DNA from: Alphaproteobacteria bacterium
GTDB taxonomy: Bacteria; Pseudomonadota; Alphaproteobacteria; CAAHEQ01; UBA3637
Length of the DNA stretch: 64,000 nucleotides
NCBI GenBank assembly: GCA_045605805.1
Contig: JAZUQR010000021.1
Span: forward strand, 1-64,000
Direction of reading: 5' to 3'
The notes beneath the pieces are model-generated. The model was not told the DNA's origin. It worked only from the letters and a program-made list of their open reading frames with translations, and made no database searches. Both the position numbers and the translations under genes were made by a program. Positions 51,811-62,293 of this stretch are shown in pieces; the stretch's first letter is position 1, and every line of letters begins with the position of its first letter.

Positions 51811-52833
51811 TTATTTTGCTTTTATTTCAGTTTTTGTATTTGTGGCCTGTGTTTTCTTTTTGGCTTTGCGCATTTTGCGATAATTGGCCACATTTTTTTC
51901 ATGCTCGGCATAGGTTTTTGCAAACACATGCCCCCCTTTGCCATCTGCCACAAAATATAAATCCTGCGTTTTATCCGGATGCAACACTGCTTTTAAGGAC
52001 GCATACCCTGGGTTGCTTATCGGACCTTGCGGCAAACCATAAACAAAATAGGTGTTGAAGGGACTTTCCACCCGTAAATCCTTATATGTTAAAGTTCTGG
52101 AAAACTCACCTGTTCCATCTGACAAAGCATAAATAACGGTTGGATCGGATTGCAGCCGCATTCCTTTTTCCAGACGATTATGAAAGACCGAGGCAATATG
52201 CGCCCGTTCCGAATCTTTTGATGTTTCTTTTTCCACGACAGAGGCCATAATTACTGCCTCTTGCGGTGTTTTGAAAGCAAGATTTTTATCCCGTCCTTCC
52301 CATAACTCATCAATAGCCCGTTTCATGCCGTTTTGCATGCGTTCCAACAAATCCTGTTTCGTATCTCCATACGAATAATAGTATGTATCCGGCATTAAAG
52401 TGCCTGTTTTGGGTAGACGTTCCACCTCGCCCATCAAACCATACATTCCTTCCATCAGGCCGACAACCTGATGTGCTGTCAAACCTTCTGGAATAACCAG
52501 ACGGCGGATGTAGGTATTCCCACTTGTTAAAATGGACAAAACCGTTTTTGCACTTGCCCTTTCTGGAATGGAGTATTCTCCGGCTTTAATATCCGCCATC
52601 GCCCCGCTTGCCCGAGTGCCAATTTCAAAGATGGCTGGGCTGTCAATAATACCTTCTTGATGTAGTTGCTTGGCAATTTTTCGTAATGAACAACCAGATT
52701 GAATGACAACCTCTTTGCGCTGGGTCAATGGACCTTCTGATACAAATTGACGGTAGGTGGAAAAAACGCTCCCCCCCATAACGCCAACAATTAAAATCAA
52801 GACGACAAAATACACAAAAACATGATGACGCAT
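51811..52833 (-). CDS. mltG: Endolytic transglycosylase
   Basis: IPEG, ASVVEKET, LQSDPT, FNTY, PISNPG, LYFVA. Confidence 0.95.
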   Translation of the reverse strand: MRHHVFVYFVVLILIVGVMGGSVFSTYRQFVSEGPLTQRKEVVIQSGCSLRKIAKQLHQEGIIDSPAIFEIGTRASGAMADIKAGEYSIPERASAKTVLSILTSGNTYIRRLVIPEGLTAHQVVGLMEGMYGLMGEVERLPKTGTLMPDTYYYSYGDTKQDLLERMQNGMKRAIDELWEGRDKNLAFKTPQEAVIMASVVEKETSKDSERAHIASVFHNRLEKGMRLQSDPTVIYALSDGTGEFSRTLTYKDLRVESPFNTYFVYGLPQGPISNPGYASLKAVLHPDKTQDLYFVADGKGGHVFAKTYAEHEKNVANYRKMRKAKKKTQATNTKTEIKAK

Positions 52834-52834
52834 A

Positions 52835-54079
52835 TTATACTTTCTTAAAAATTAAACACGCATTTGTTCCGCCAAAGCCAAATGAATTGGACAGAACAGC
52901 ATTGATTGGCTTTTCTTGGGCGGTATGAGGCACCAAGTTAAAGTCTTTTGTTTCTTCTTCTGGTTCATCCAAATTGATGGTTGGTGGCATAATGTTGTTT
53001 TGAAGGGCCAAAATGCTGAACACCGCTTCAATAGAGCCTGCACCGCCTAACAAATGTCCTGTCATTGATTTTGTGGACGACATCGCCACAGTATCTGAGC
53101 CAAACAATTTTTGTACTGCCCTAAACTCGGTTAAATCTCCCACTGGTGTGGATGTTCCGTGGGCATTGATATAATCTATCTGTGATGGATTCAATTGAGC
53201 CTGATCCAACGCCATTTTCATGGCCCGTTCTGCACCTGTTCCACCTGGGGCTGTGATATGATAGGCATCCCCAGAAAGACCATAGCCAGCCAATTCACAA
53301 TAGATTTTTGCACCTCGGGCTTTGGCGTGTTCATATTCTTCCAAAACAACGGCACCAGCCCCTTCCCCCATCACAAAGCCATCCCGATTTTTATCCCATG
53401 GGCGGGAAGCCTTTTGCGGTTCATCGTTGTGGGTGGATAATGCCCTCAATTGAGCAAAACCGCCTATACACTCTAATAATAAAGCTGCTTCGGCACTGCC
53501 GGCCAACATCATATCCGCATAGCCATCACGGATGAAACGCATCGCATCCCCAATAGCGTGGCTGCCTGTGGCACAGGCTGTTGAACAGGCTTGATTTGGC
53601 CCTGCTAAGCCATAGCGAATGGAAATAACGCCTGCTGTTTGATTGATTAAAATAGAGGGAATAAAGAATGGAGAAATGCGGTTCACACCTTTTGTTGGAA
53701 TAGCCAACACTTCATCTCTGAAACTTTTTGCACCCCCTTGCCCCGAACCAAAACACACACCTGCTTTTGCTTTTTCTTCTTCTGTTTCTGGCTTATAGCC
53801 ACAATCACGCATTGCTTCGTCCGCCGCCGCCAAGCCAAACAGGGTCACCATATCCAGATGTCGTTGTTCTTTCACATTCGCCACCTGATTTAAGTCTAAA
53901 TATCCTTCCTCCGTTCCCATCGGCACTTCACCGGCAATATGAACCGTTAAAGGGGTTGAATCAAAATGTGTAATAGTATCAATGCCCGATTTTCCATTGA
54001 CCAAGGCATTCCAGTTTGTTTTGACACCTGCACCCAATGGTGATACAACACCTATACCCGTCACAACAACACGTCTCAT
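52835..54079 (-). CDS. fabF: Beta-ketoacyl-ACP synthase II
   Basis: TACATG, NAHGTST, GHLLG, NSFGFGGTN. Confidence 0.97.
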   Translation of the reverse strand: MRRVVVTGIGVVSPLGAGVKTNWNALVNGKSGIDTITHFDSTPLTVHIAGEVPMGTEEGYLDLNQVANVKEQRHLDMVTLFGLAAADEAMRDCGYKPETEEEKAKAGVCFGSGQGGAKSFRDEVLAIPTKGVNRISPFFIPSILINQTAGVISIRYGLAGPNQACSTACATGSHAIGDAMRFIRDGYADMMLAGSAEAALLLECIGGFAQLRALSTHNDEPQKASRPWDKNRDGFVMGEGAGAVVLEEYEHAKARGAKIYCELAGYGLSGDAYHITAPGGTGAERAMKMALDQAQLNPSQIDYINAHGTSTPVGDLTEFRAVQKLFGSDTVAMSSTKSMTGHLLGGAGSIEAVFSILALQNNIMPPTINLDEPEEETKDFNLVPHTAQEKPINAVLSNSFGFGGTNACLIFKKV

Positions 54080-54172
54080 GAAAAAATCCTTTATCTTAAA
54101 AAAAGACGTTTTAAGTTCAGCCAGAACAGCACAATCTCAAAACGTCTTTATAAAAACCAAAAACAGTCCAAA

Positions 54173-54415
54173 TTAGGCCTGTTGTTTTTCAATGAAGTCA
54201 ACAGCATCTTTGACCGTGCGAATTTTTTCAGCCGCATCATCTGGGATGGAGCAACCGAATTCTTCTTCAAAGGCCATTACTAATTCAACAGTATCCAAAC
54301 TGTCTGCGCCTAAATCATCGATGAAACTTGCATTGTCTTGCACTTTTGCGGCATCAACACCCAAGTGATCAACAATAATTTTTTTCACACGTTCAGCAAT
54401 TGTATTTTCTGTCAT
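54173..54415 (-). CDS. acpP: Acyl carrier protein
   Basis: [12 protein letters not shown]. Confidence 0.98.
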   Translation of the reverse strand: MTENTIAERVKKIIVDHLGVDAAKVQDNASFIDDLGADSLDTVELVMAFEEEFGCSIPDDAAEKIRTVKDAVDFIEKQQA

Positions 54416-54504
54416 TTTTTTTCCTTTTGTTTAGTTAATCAGTCCATTTCGGACGAAAACATACTTACACTAGCACAAAAAAAGAACCAATGCAAGCATT
54501 TTTT

Positions 54505-55242
54505 TTACAGCATCAACATTCCCCCATTGATATTTAGGGTTTGACCTGTAATATAGGCAGCCTCATCAGATGCCAAAAATGCCACAGCTGCGGCAATTTC
54601 TTCGGGTTGGCCCATTCTTTTGGATGGGATTCTATCTAACATTGCTTTTTTCACTTCTTCTGGCAAAGAAGCGGTCATTTTTGTTTCAATAAACCCTGGT
54701 GCGATACAGTTAGCTGTCACACCACGAGAGGCTAATTCGGCTGCGATAGATTTGCTCATTGCAATCAAGGCGGCCTTACTTGCGGCATAGTTCGCTTGTC
54801 CAGCATTACCAATGACACCCACAATTGAGGCCATAGAGATAATTCTGCCAAAACGGCGTTTCATCATGCCCGTCATCACGGCACGAGCCAACCTAAAACC
54901 TGCGGTTAAATTGACATTTAAGACCTTTTCCCATTGTTCGTCTGTCATGCGCATGGCTAATGTATCCATTGTAATGCCGGCGTTATTGACCAAAATATCA
55001 ATTTTACCCATATCCGCTTCTGCGTTGGACACAAGCTGTTTAATGGCTTCGGCATCTGATATATTGGCTGCATAGACAAACACTCTTTCCCCTAATTCTT
55101 GTGCCAAGGCGTTCAAAGCCTCCATACTGATATCTGTAAGAGCCAAGGTTGCCCCTTGTGCGTGCAAAGTTTTGGCAATAGAACGGCCGATACCGCCTGT
55201 GGCACCGGTGATGAGGGCTGTTTTTCCTGATAAATCAAACAT
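54505..55242 (-). CDS. fabG: 3-oxoacyl-ACP reductase
   Basis: TGATGGIG, NNAGIT, YAASK; start MFDLSGK. Confidence 0.96.
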   Translation of the reverse strand: MFDLSGKTALITGATGGIGRSIAKTLHAQGATLALTDISMEALNALAQELGERVFVYAANISDAEAIKQLVSNAEADMGKIDILVNNAGITMDTLAMRMTDEQWEKVLNVNLTAGFRLARAVMTGMMKRRFGRIISMASIVGVIGNAGQANYAASKAALIAMSKSIAAELASRGVTANCIAPGFIETKMTASLPEEVKKAMLDRIPSKRMGQPEEIAAAVAFLASDEAAYITGQTLNINGGMLML

Positions 55243-55354
55243 ATTTTCTCCTTTTGTTATAAAGGCAGTATAGCACATAAGAAAATTAAAAATCAAGCAA
55301 AAAAAATCCCCCGTGTGAAATCGGGGGAAGGGTTAATACTGCATAACGATAGCA

Positions 55355-57037
55355 CTATTGGGATGTTTTTGGAGTACAATCTCCATTACTCCAGTTGCCT
55401 CCAACAAGATTACAACAAGCTTCTGTTTTCTGCCCATTCAGAGCATCTACACCAAAATACGCCCCTTCTGCTGTTTCACAACAGGTTTTGCCTGTATTAT
55501 CCCATTTTCCAGATACACCTTTACAGCAACCCTCTGTAATCTCATTGGTAAAATAACTCTTTGGACCCCAACAACAGGCTTGTGCATCTTCTACCCAAGC
55601 ATCTCTTGGACAACAGTTCTGCATATCTGCATCCCAACCACCTTCAACAAAATTACAACAAGCTTCTGTTGGTTTATATTGATACGCATCATACCCAAAA
55701 GTGCCATTATCTACATCTACTGAACAACACAGTTGATTATCTTCATCCCACACACCATAGTCAGTCATTGCATGGCAACAATCTTCTGTAGGTTGATTTG
55801 TATAATAATTATACCAGTTATAATGCTGATCACAGCAAGCAGCCCCATCCTCTTCTATGTTCTTATATTCTAGCCAGAATCCATATGGACAACATTCTTG
55901 TTTAGAAGCATCCCAAACATTATCGTCGGCCTCACATAAACATTCTTCATCCGCTACCCATGCGCCATCTTCACATTTTTGACAAGGCCCTCCTTCACCC
56001 ACGCATGGACAGCTGGCTTGCTCATCAACACAAGTGTTATTGCTGGCACACCATTTCATACCGCTGGTGGCTTCACAACAGACTTGGGTTATGGCTGCGC
56101 CTGTGGATGCAGGACTGGTGCAGTTTGGCCAACCGTTTGCACCACTATAGCTACAAGAACTTATATCATACGGACCATCACAACAATACTTTTGCTCCTC
56201 TTTTTCAACCAACTGACCATAGCCACAACCATTGCATTCGGCAATATTGTTCCAGTCAAACGACCAGTAACCCCAGTATCCTTCATCATAGTAGCCACCA
56301 AAACAACATCCTTTCCCAGAGCTGGAGAGTTCTGTTTTCGCTATTATGTCATCACATCCACACAAAGGGATATTCAGTGTACAATAGCCTTTGCGAGCCA
56401 TTTCCTGTGCAGGGTCTGGTAAATTCAAATTAGAACATTCTTCAACCCCTTTGTAGACATATCCGCCTAAACAGCAGGTTTGTCCATCCGTGCCCAATGA
56501 ACCACCGTTGGGGCAACATTCTTCATTCTTTGAAACACACTGATTCTTATTGCCACACCATTGACCGCCCATATCCGAACAAACACCCGAACCACAATTG
56601 CCCAAATAATCAGGGTGACATTCCTTGTTGGGGTTCATACAGGTTGCATCAGCGGGGTCACAGCAAGCGGTTTTATCCAACGAAATGCCTTCCTCTTCGG
56701 TACACACTGTGCATTTGAAGTTTTCCTCTAAAGTAGCCACAGAGCCAGACGGACACGCCACACACTTGCTGGTGGCGACATCCACAACATACCCTGCTTT
56801 ACAGCAATAGACATTTGCCCCAGCTTGACACGGCTGGGCATTTGCATCATCCTTGATGTCATAAAAACGAATGTCCAACGGCGGATTATCCGGATGAATA
56901 TGAACCCCAAAGTTATCTACCCCAGGGTTGTGACGATTATATTTTGTGGAATCGTGGCCCCCACCACCGCCACCAAACGCCATCGCAGAAGTGGCCATAC
57001 ATATCATTCCCATCAACATAATCACTGTTTTCATCAC
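55355..57037 (-). CDS. Secreted cysteine-rich repeat protein
   Basis: Signal peptide (AMA|FGGGGGG); about 60 Cys in 560 aa, ~17 CC pairs; repeated TExCC...W...CC units. Confidence 0.8.
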   Translation of the reverse strand: MMKTVIMLMGMICMATSAMAFGGGGGGHDSTKYNRHNPGVDNFGVHIHPDNPPLDIRFYDIKDDANAQPCQAGANVYCCKAGYVVDVATSKCVACPSGSVATLEENFKCTVCTEEEGISLDKTACCDPADATCMNPNKECHPDYLGNCGSGVCSDMGGQWCGNKNQCVSKNEECCPNGGSLGTDGQTCCLGGYVYKGVEECSNLNLPDPAQEMARKGYCTLNIPLCGCDDIIAKTELSSSGKGCCFGGYYDEGYWGYWSFDWNNIAECNGCGYGQLVEKEEQKYCCDGPYDISSCSYSGANGWPNCTSPASTGAAITQVCCEATSGMKWCASNNTCVDEQASCPCVGEGGPCQKCEDGAWVADEECLCEADDNVWDASKQECCPYGFWLEYKNIEEDGAACCDQHYNWYNYYTNQPTEDCCHAMTDYGVWDEDNQLCCSVDVDNGTFGYDAYQYKPTEACCNFVEGGWDADMQNCCPRDAWVEDAQACCWGPKSYFTNEITEGCCKGVSGKWDNTGKTCCETAEGAYFGVDALNGQKTEACCNLVGGNWSNGDCTPKTSQ

Positions 57038-57087
57038 AATCCCTTTTTGATATAAGATTATATAAACCTTAAAAAAATCCCTATCAA

Positions 57088-57741
57088 TTATTTTTGACGA
57101 GGATCTTTCAACATCATATCCTCAAACAAAAACTGTTTCACTGCTGGTAAAGTGCGCCGCACCATAATATCTACCCCTTTGGCAGAAGGATGTATTTTAT
57201 CTTCCAAAAAATACTCTGCTTTTTTATGTGTGCCATTGTCATTCCACAGCCCATCCATAAAAAATGGATATAAAAGCAATTCGTTATCCAACGCCAAATC
57301 ATCATACATTTGACGCACACCTGCACGATATTCTTCCGGCAGTGCCACAGGTACTTCCATTCCAAACAGCATCACAGGTACATCGTTTTGCTTAAAAAAC
57401 TCAATCAAGGTTGCCAAGTTTTTCTTGGTATCATCCAACGGTACTTTTTGAAAAGCATCATTGCTGCCCAACTGCAAAATCACGCCATCCGGTTTGCGCT
57501 TTAATGCCGATTTCATCTTGGCCACGGCACCACCCGTTGTTTCACCACTTTTGCTGAAATTGATAATCTTCACATCATAATTATCTTTAAGCAACGCCTG
57601 TTGTAATTTTGAACAATAAGAATCCCGTGGTTGAATCTTATGTCCCACACTTAAACTATCCCCAAAAACCATCAGATTTGCAGGGTTTGCCATCACAGGG
57701 GCCGATAAAGCCAAAAATCCAGCCAATAACACTCGTTTCAT
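57088..57741 (-). CDS. GDSL/SGNH arylesterase (TesA-like)
   Basis: Signal peptide, FGDSLS, SGETT, LGSND, DKIHP. Confidence 0.9.
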   Translation of the reverse strand: MKRVLLAGFLALSAPVMANPANLMVFGDSLSVGHKIQPRDSYCSKLQQALLKDNYDVKIINFSKSGETTGGAVAKMKSALKRKPDGVILQLGSNDAFQKVPLDDTKKNLATLIEFFKQNDVPVMLFGMEVPVALPEEYRAGVRQMYDDLALDNELLLYPFFMDGLWNDNGTHKKAEYFLEDKIHPSAKGVDIMVRRTLPAVKQFLFEDMMLKDPRQK

Positions 57742-57803
57742 AAAATACTCCTTTTCTTTATATATACAGAATATACCATCACTATTGATTTGTCAAACAT
57801 ATT

Positions 57804-59021
57804 TTATTGATATCGCAAGGCTTCAATCGGATCCAGTTTCATGGCTTTTCTGGCGGGCATAATCCCAGACACCACACCAACAAAAATGGCCACAGAAACC
57901 GAAATAATCACCGACCACACAGAAATAGGCACTTCCTTACCAACAATTTGACCGGCAATTTGCGAAAGCACAATCCCCAAAACCATCCCCACAAAACTGC
58001 CCATAAAAGAAATCATCACAGATTCAGCCAAAAATTGGAACATTATCCACCGATTAGGGGCGCCCAAAGCCTTGCGCGTACCAATTTCCCGAGTTCGTTC
58101 CGTCACAGAAACAAGCATCATATTCATAATGCCAATAGACCCAACCACCAAAGAAATAGAGGCTATGGCTGACAACAGAACAGACAAAACAAAACCTATA
58201 CTTCTTACTTTTTCAACCATTTCTGTCATCAAGTTGATAGAGAAATCATTGTCCACACCATCTTTCAAATAGTGCCTTGTCCGCAACAAATATTCAATTC
58301 GTTTGGCCACAGATTCCATTTTATGTTCCTCTGTCACTTTCACAAACGCAACATCCACATATTGCGGCCGCCACGACCCACGCAACCGTTGCCGCACAGT
58401 TGTGGCCGGCATCATAATGATATTATCTTGATCCTGCCCCATTAAATTATCGCCTTTTGCCTTCAAAGTACCAATCACAGTAAATGGCTGGCCTTTTAAG
58501 CGCATCACTTTACCCACGGGGTTTTGAAGACCGAACAATTCCTCCACCACAGTTTGTCCAATTAAAATATAGGGCTTGCCGGCTTTCACATCTTTTTCTG
58601 AAAAGGGTACACCTGTTTCAATTTCCCAATTACCAACCGCCAAATAATCAGGATTTGTGCCATATACGCTGACCCCATAGTTGTTGGAACCATAAACAGC
58701 CTGAACCGCAGTGTTCACCACATAAGAAGCGGTTTCAACATCTTTTAACGACTTCAAAGCCTCCACATCCTTAAAGGTAATGCTGGGGCGACCACGCCCT
58801 CCTCGCACACCACCGCTTACTGTTTGAGCAGGGCCCAAAATAATCAGGTTTGTCCCCATAGAATCAAAAGTTTTTGTAATTTCATTTTGCACAGTTTGCC
58901 CTGCCGCCACCATCAACACAACAGAGGCCACACCAATCACAATGCCCAACATCGTTAAGAAAGTACGCATCTTATACGCAGAAATAGAAATCCAGGCTTC
59001 ACGAAAAATCTGGTAAATCAT
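57804..59021 (-). CDS. MacB-family ABC permease
   Basis: LTMLGIVIG, GIMNMMLVSVTERTREIG, DPIEALR. Confidence 0.92.
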   Translation of the reverse strand: MIYQIFREAWISISAYKMRTFLTMLGIVIGVASVVLMVAAGQTVQNEITKTFDSMGTNLIILGPAQTVSGGVRGGRGRPSITFKDVEALKSLKDVETASYVVNTAVQAVYGSNNYGVSVYGTNPDYLAVGNWEIETGVPFSEKDVKAGKPYILIGQTVVEELFGLQNPVGKVMRLKGQPFTVIGTLKAKGDNLMGQDQDNIIMMPATTVRQRLRGSWRPQYVDVAFVKVTEEHKMESVAKRIEYLLRTRHYLKDGVDNDFSINLMTEMVEKVRSIGFVLSVLLSAIASISLVVGSIGIMNMMLVSVTERTREIGTRKALGAPNRWIMFQFLAESVMISFMGSFVGMVLGIVLSQIAGQIVGKEVPISVWSVIISVSVAIFVGVVSGIMPARKAMKLDPIEALRYQ

Positions 59022-59728
59022 GCGTGATACTCCTTTCTTAAACCATCATACGCCACCTCACCATCAGCAATTTTTATCATCCGCTTGGCATAATCCGCTA
59101 CATCATCTTCATGTGTCACCAACACAATTGTAATACCGTCGTTATTTAATTGTGTGAACAAGCGCATAATGTCATCAGAAGTAGCCGAATCCAAATTACC
59201 CGTTGGTTCATCAGCAAAAATAATTTTGGGATGATTGATAAGAGCTCTTGCAATGGCCACTCGTTGTTGCATACCGCCCGAAATCTGGCTGGGAGGCCTA
59301 TCACCATATCCTTCCAACCCAACCACTTTCAACATTTTCAAGGCTCGTTCTTTGCGCTCTGCCTCACCCACCCCTTGATAAATCAAAGGCATGGAAACAT
59401 TATCCACAATTGTGCGTTTCATCATCAAATTAAAGTTTTGAAAAACAAAACCGATTTTTTGCCCACGAATATAAGCCAACTCTTGATCTGTACGAGTTGC
59501 CACCGCTTCACCCGCCAAATAATACTCACCGCTTGTGGGCCTGTCCAAACAACCCAAAGTGTTCATCAAAGTGGACTTACCGGAACCGGAATGCCCCATA
59601 ATCGCCACAAACTCTCCCTCATAGATTTGAAAATTGATATGCTTCAACACCACCTGAGACGACCCACCGTCCATAAAATAGGTTTTACATAAATCTTTCA
59701 CCTCTATCACAACAGGTTTTTCACTCAT
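59018..59728 (-). CDS. MacB/LolD-type ABC ATP-binding protein
   Basis: GHSGSGKST, SGGMQQRVAIAR, ADEPTGNLD. Confidence 0.93.
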   Translation of the reverse strand: MSEKPVVIEVKDLCKTYFMDGGSSQVVLKHINFQIYEGEFVAIMGHSGSGKSTLMNTLGCLDRPTSGEYYLAGEAVATRTDQELAYIRGQKIGFVFQNFNLMMKRTIVDNVSMPLIYQGVGEAERKERALKMLKVVGLEGYGDRPPSQISGGMQQRVAIARALINHPKIIFADEPTGNLDSATSDDIMRLFTQLNNDGITIVLVTHEDDVADYAKRMIKIADGEVAYDGLRKEYHA

Positions 59729-60852
59729 TTGATGCCACGCCTTTTGTCCCCAATAACTTCCAAAATAACCTTGTCACCCGATTTCAAGCCCTCTTTCACT
59801 TCAATGTTGGTCATATCTGAAATGCCTTTTGTAATCACCACGGGCATCAAAGCGCCATTTTTGAATTGATAAACCACATCCTCGTTTTTCATAACATCCG
59901 GATTCGGCACAACATTGGTTGTTTTTCTTAAAGCCGCCGATGGCTTAAATTGCAACACCATAGCAGAAATAAAAGGTACATTCGTTGCCCGTGCCACTTC
60001 AATAGACACACTGGCCGTCATCCCAGGCAACAATTTTCTGGAAGAATTATCTACTTCAATCACCACCGTGTACATGACCACATTGGATTCTTCTTTGGGC
60101 GACAAACGAATCTGTTGCACCTTACCCTCAAAACGATCATTCGGATAAGCATCCACCGTGAACTCAACACCCATACCACCTTTAATCAGCCCAATATCAG
60201 CCTCAGCAATACTGGCTTCAATTTGCATTTTTGTCAAATCCTCGGCAATCGTGAACAAAGTTGGCGTAGAAAGACTGGCGGCCACAGTTTGACCTTGTTC
60301 CACTTCTTTTGAAATCACCGTTCCCGATACGGGCGAAGTAATCGTGGCATAGCCATAGTTGCGTTCGGCTTTATTATAATCAGCCTGAGAACTCAATACA
60401 TTAGCCTTGGCTGTTTCCAATTCTACTTCAGCCTCTTCCAAAGTGGCTTTGGCAATCAGCTTATCCTTATACAATTTATTCAAGCGTTCATAATTCAAAT
60501 CAGAAATCTTTTTCTTGGCATTCGCTAAATCCAACTTGGCTTTGGAATCATTCAGGTTTTCCTGTAAAACAGACATATCCAACCGAGCCAAAACCTGTCC
60601 TTCTTGAACCTCATCGTTATAATCCACAAGCACTTCTTCAATAATGCCGGAAACTTGTGTTCCAACCGATACTTTATTGATGGGTTGAATCTTGCCGGAT
60701 GCTGTCACCACATAGGCCACATCTCCGTTTTTCACCACAGCCATTTCAAAATCTTTTTCGGAAAAAGAATCTTTTGAATGTCCTTTCATCCAAGCAGAAG
60801 CACCCACCAAACAAACAACAGCAACACCCAACAACAATAAACGCTTTTTCAT
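59725..60852 (-). CDS. MacA-like periplasmic adaptor
   Basis: VGTQVSG, ITSPVSG, GQTVAAS, EADIG, LLPGMTA. Confidence 0.92.
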   Translation of the reverse strand: MKKRLLLLGVAVVCLVGASAWMKGHSKDSFSEKDFEMAVVKNGDVAYVVTASGKIQPINKVSVGTQVSGIIEEVLVDYNDEVQEGQVLARLDMSVLQENLNDSKAKLDLANAKKKISDLNYERLNKLYKDKLIAKATLEEAEVELETAKANVLSSQADYNKAERNYGYATITSPVSGTVISKEVEQGQTVAASLSTPTLFTIAEDLTKMQIEASIAEADIGLIKGGMGVEFTVDAYPNDRFEGKVQQIRLSPKEESNVVMYTVVIEVDNSSRKLLPGMTASVSIEVARATNVPFISAMVLQFKPSAALRKTTNVVPNPDVMKNEDVVYQFKNGALMPVVITKGISDMTNIEVKEGLKSGDKVILEVIGDKRRGIK

Positions 60853-62193
60853 CTAAAACCTCCCCACAGAACGATACAAATTGGCTTTACTGATTAAAAC
60901 GGAATAAAACGCATTGACAAGACCTTGTCTGGCCTCAGAAAGTTGTGAAGTTGCCGTCAGTAAGTTCAAAATATCCCCTTGTCCAACTTCATACGATTTC
61001 ATGGCCACCCGTTCATTTTCTTTTGCTGCCGCCAACACATCGTTTGAAATATGATAAGCTGCCACAGCTGTTTCATAATCTTGATACGCTGCCCACACTT
61101 CATTACGAATGGAATCTTGTGTTTCTTCCAAACCAAATTGAGCCTGACGATATTCATATTCCGCAGCCGCCACTTTATAGGTATCCGCAAACCCGGAAAA
61201 CAAAGGCACATTCAATCGCAAACCAGCCGAAGAAGAAAGACGACCCAGTTGTCTTTCACGCCAAGAATCGTTATATCCCACACTGCCCGTCACACTCAGC
61301 TTTGGCAAAGTGGTTGAACGCTGGGCTGTAATGTTTTCCTTTGCCCCTTGCACAGAGCTTTCCTTGCTTTTTAATTCGGGGCGTTGGGCCAATGCCAAAG
61401 AAATCATCTGTTCAATACTATCCGAAGTTTCCAACTTGATAATGTCTTTATCTTTTGGCGGTTTTTCCAAATTAAAAGTCGTATCCGGAGATAAATGAAG
61501 CAAAGTCGCCAAATCTCCTTCGGCTTTCTTCACCGTATTTTCCGCCTTTATGACAGCTAATTTAGATTGTTCATAACTGGTTTTGGCCAACAATTTATCG
61601 CTTAAAGCCACCAACCCCAAATCAAACCGTCTGACCGATTCTTCATAGGCCTTTTTATACGATTTTTCGCTGTCCTTTGTGCTAATCAACACCTCTTTGG
61701 CCCCCAACAAGTTCAAATAGGCGTTATTGATGGACAAAACAGTTTCCTGCAACTGTGTATTATAGTTAAACTCTGCCGAAGCCAAATAAGCCTTCATTTT
61801 ATTCAAACGAGCCCCTCGCCCACCAAAATCAAACAAAAGCCAATCTAAACCCACATTGCCTGAATAAGGATACCCTTCCAAATGAGTTGCACCTTCGGTT
61901 TTATCATCCGAAACAGAGACCGAACCACTGGCCGTTAAAGAAGGTAAGTATTCACCCGTTGATTGCCCCACACCTGCCTCACTAACTTTCACTGCCATAT
62001 AAGAACGGCTTAACGAAGGATTCACACAAATCCCCATCTGAATCAACTCGGGCAACCCAATTTCCCCCTGTGTTAAATCTTTTTCCACACATCCCTTTGG
62101 GGCATCCAATTGATACACAGAAAACGGATCAAGCCCCGCCATCGCAGAACTCCCCATAAGCATAAACACCAAAAAACACATATATTGTTTCAT
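60853..62193 (-). CDS. TolC-family outer membrane channel
   Basis: Signal peptide; two OEP repeats (YLPSL, WLLFDFG, VPLFSG). Confidence 0.9.
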   Translation of the reverse strand: MKQYMCFLVFMLMGSSAMAGLDPFSVYQLDAPKGCVEKDLTQGEIGLPELIQMGICVNPSLSRSYMAVKVSEAGVGQSTGEYLPSLTASGSVSVSDDKTEGATHLEGYPYSGNVGLDWLLFDFGGRGARLNKMKAYLASAEFNYNTQLQETVLSINNAYLNLLGAKEVLISTKDSEKSYKKAYEESVRRFDLGLVALSDKLLAKTSYEQSKLAVIKAENTVKKAEGDLATLLHLSPDTTFNLEKPPKDKDIIKLETSDSIEQMISLALAQRPELKSKESSVQGAKENITAQRSTTLPKLSVTGSVGYNDSWRERQLGRLSSSAGLRLNVPLFSGFADTYKVAAAEYEYRQAQFGLEETQDSIRNEVWAAYQDYETAVAAYHISNDVLAAAKENERVAMKSYEVGQGDILNLLTATSQLSEARQGLVNAFYSVLISKANLYRSVGRF

Positions 62194-62293
62194 CTGTCTC
62201 TCCTTATATGGAAAAATTGTAAAAAAACAAAAAAAACTTGTCAAGAGAAAATTTCTTCTGTACAATAATAAAATCAAGCAATAGGAGTACGCT

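Noticed and set aside
54099-54152. Inverted repeat aaagacgtttt/aaaacgtcttt between acpP and fabF as an ncRNA
   Set aside because: Best explained as an mRNA stem-loop tuning acpP versus fabF levels; no other support.
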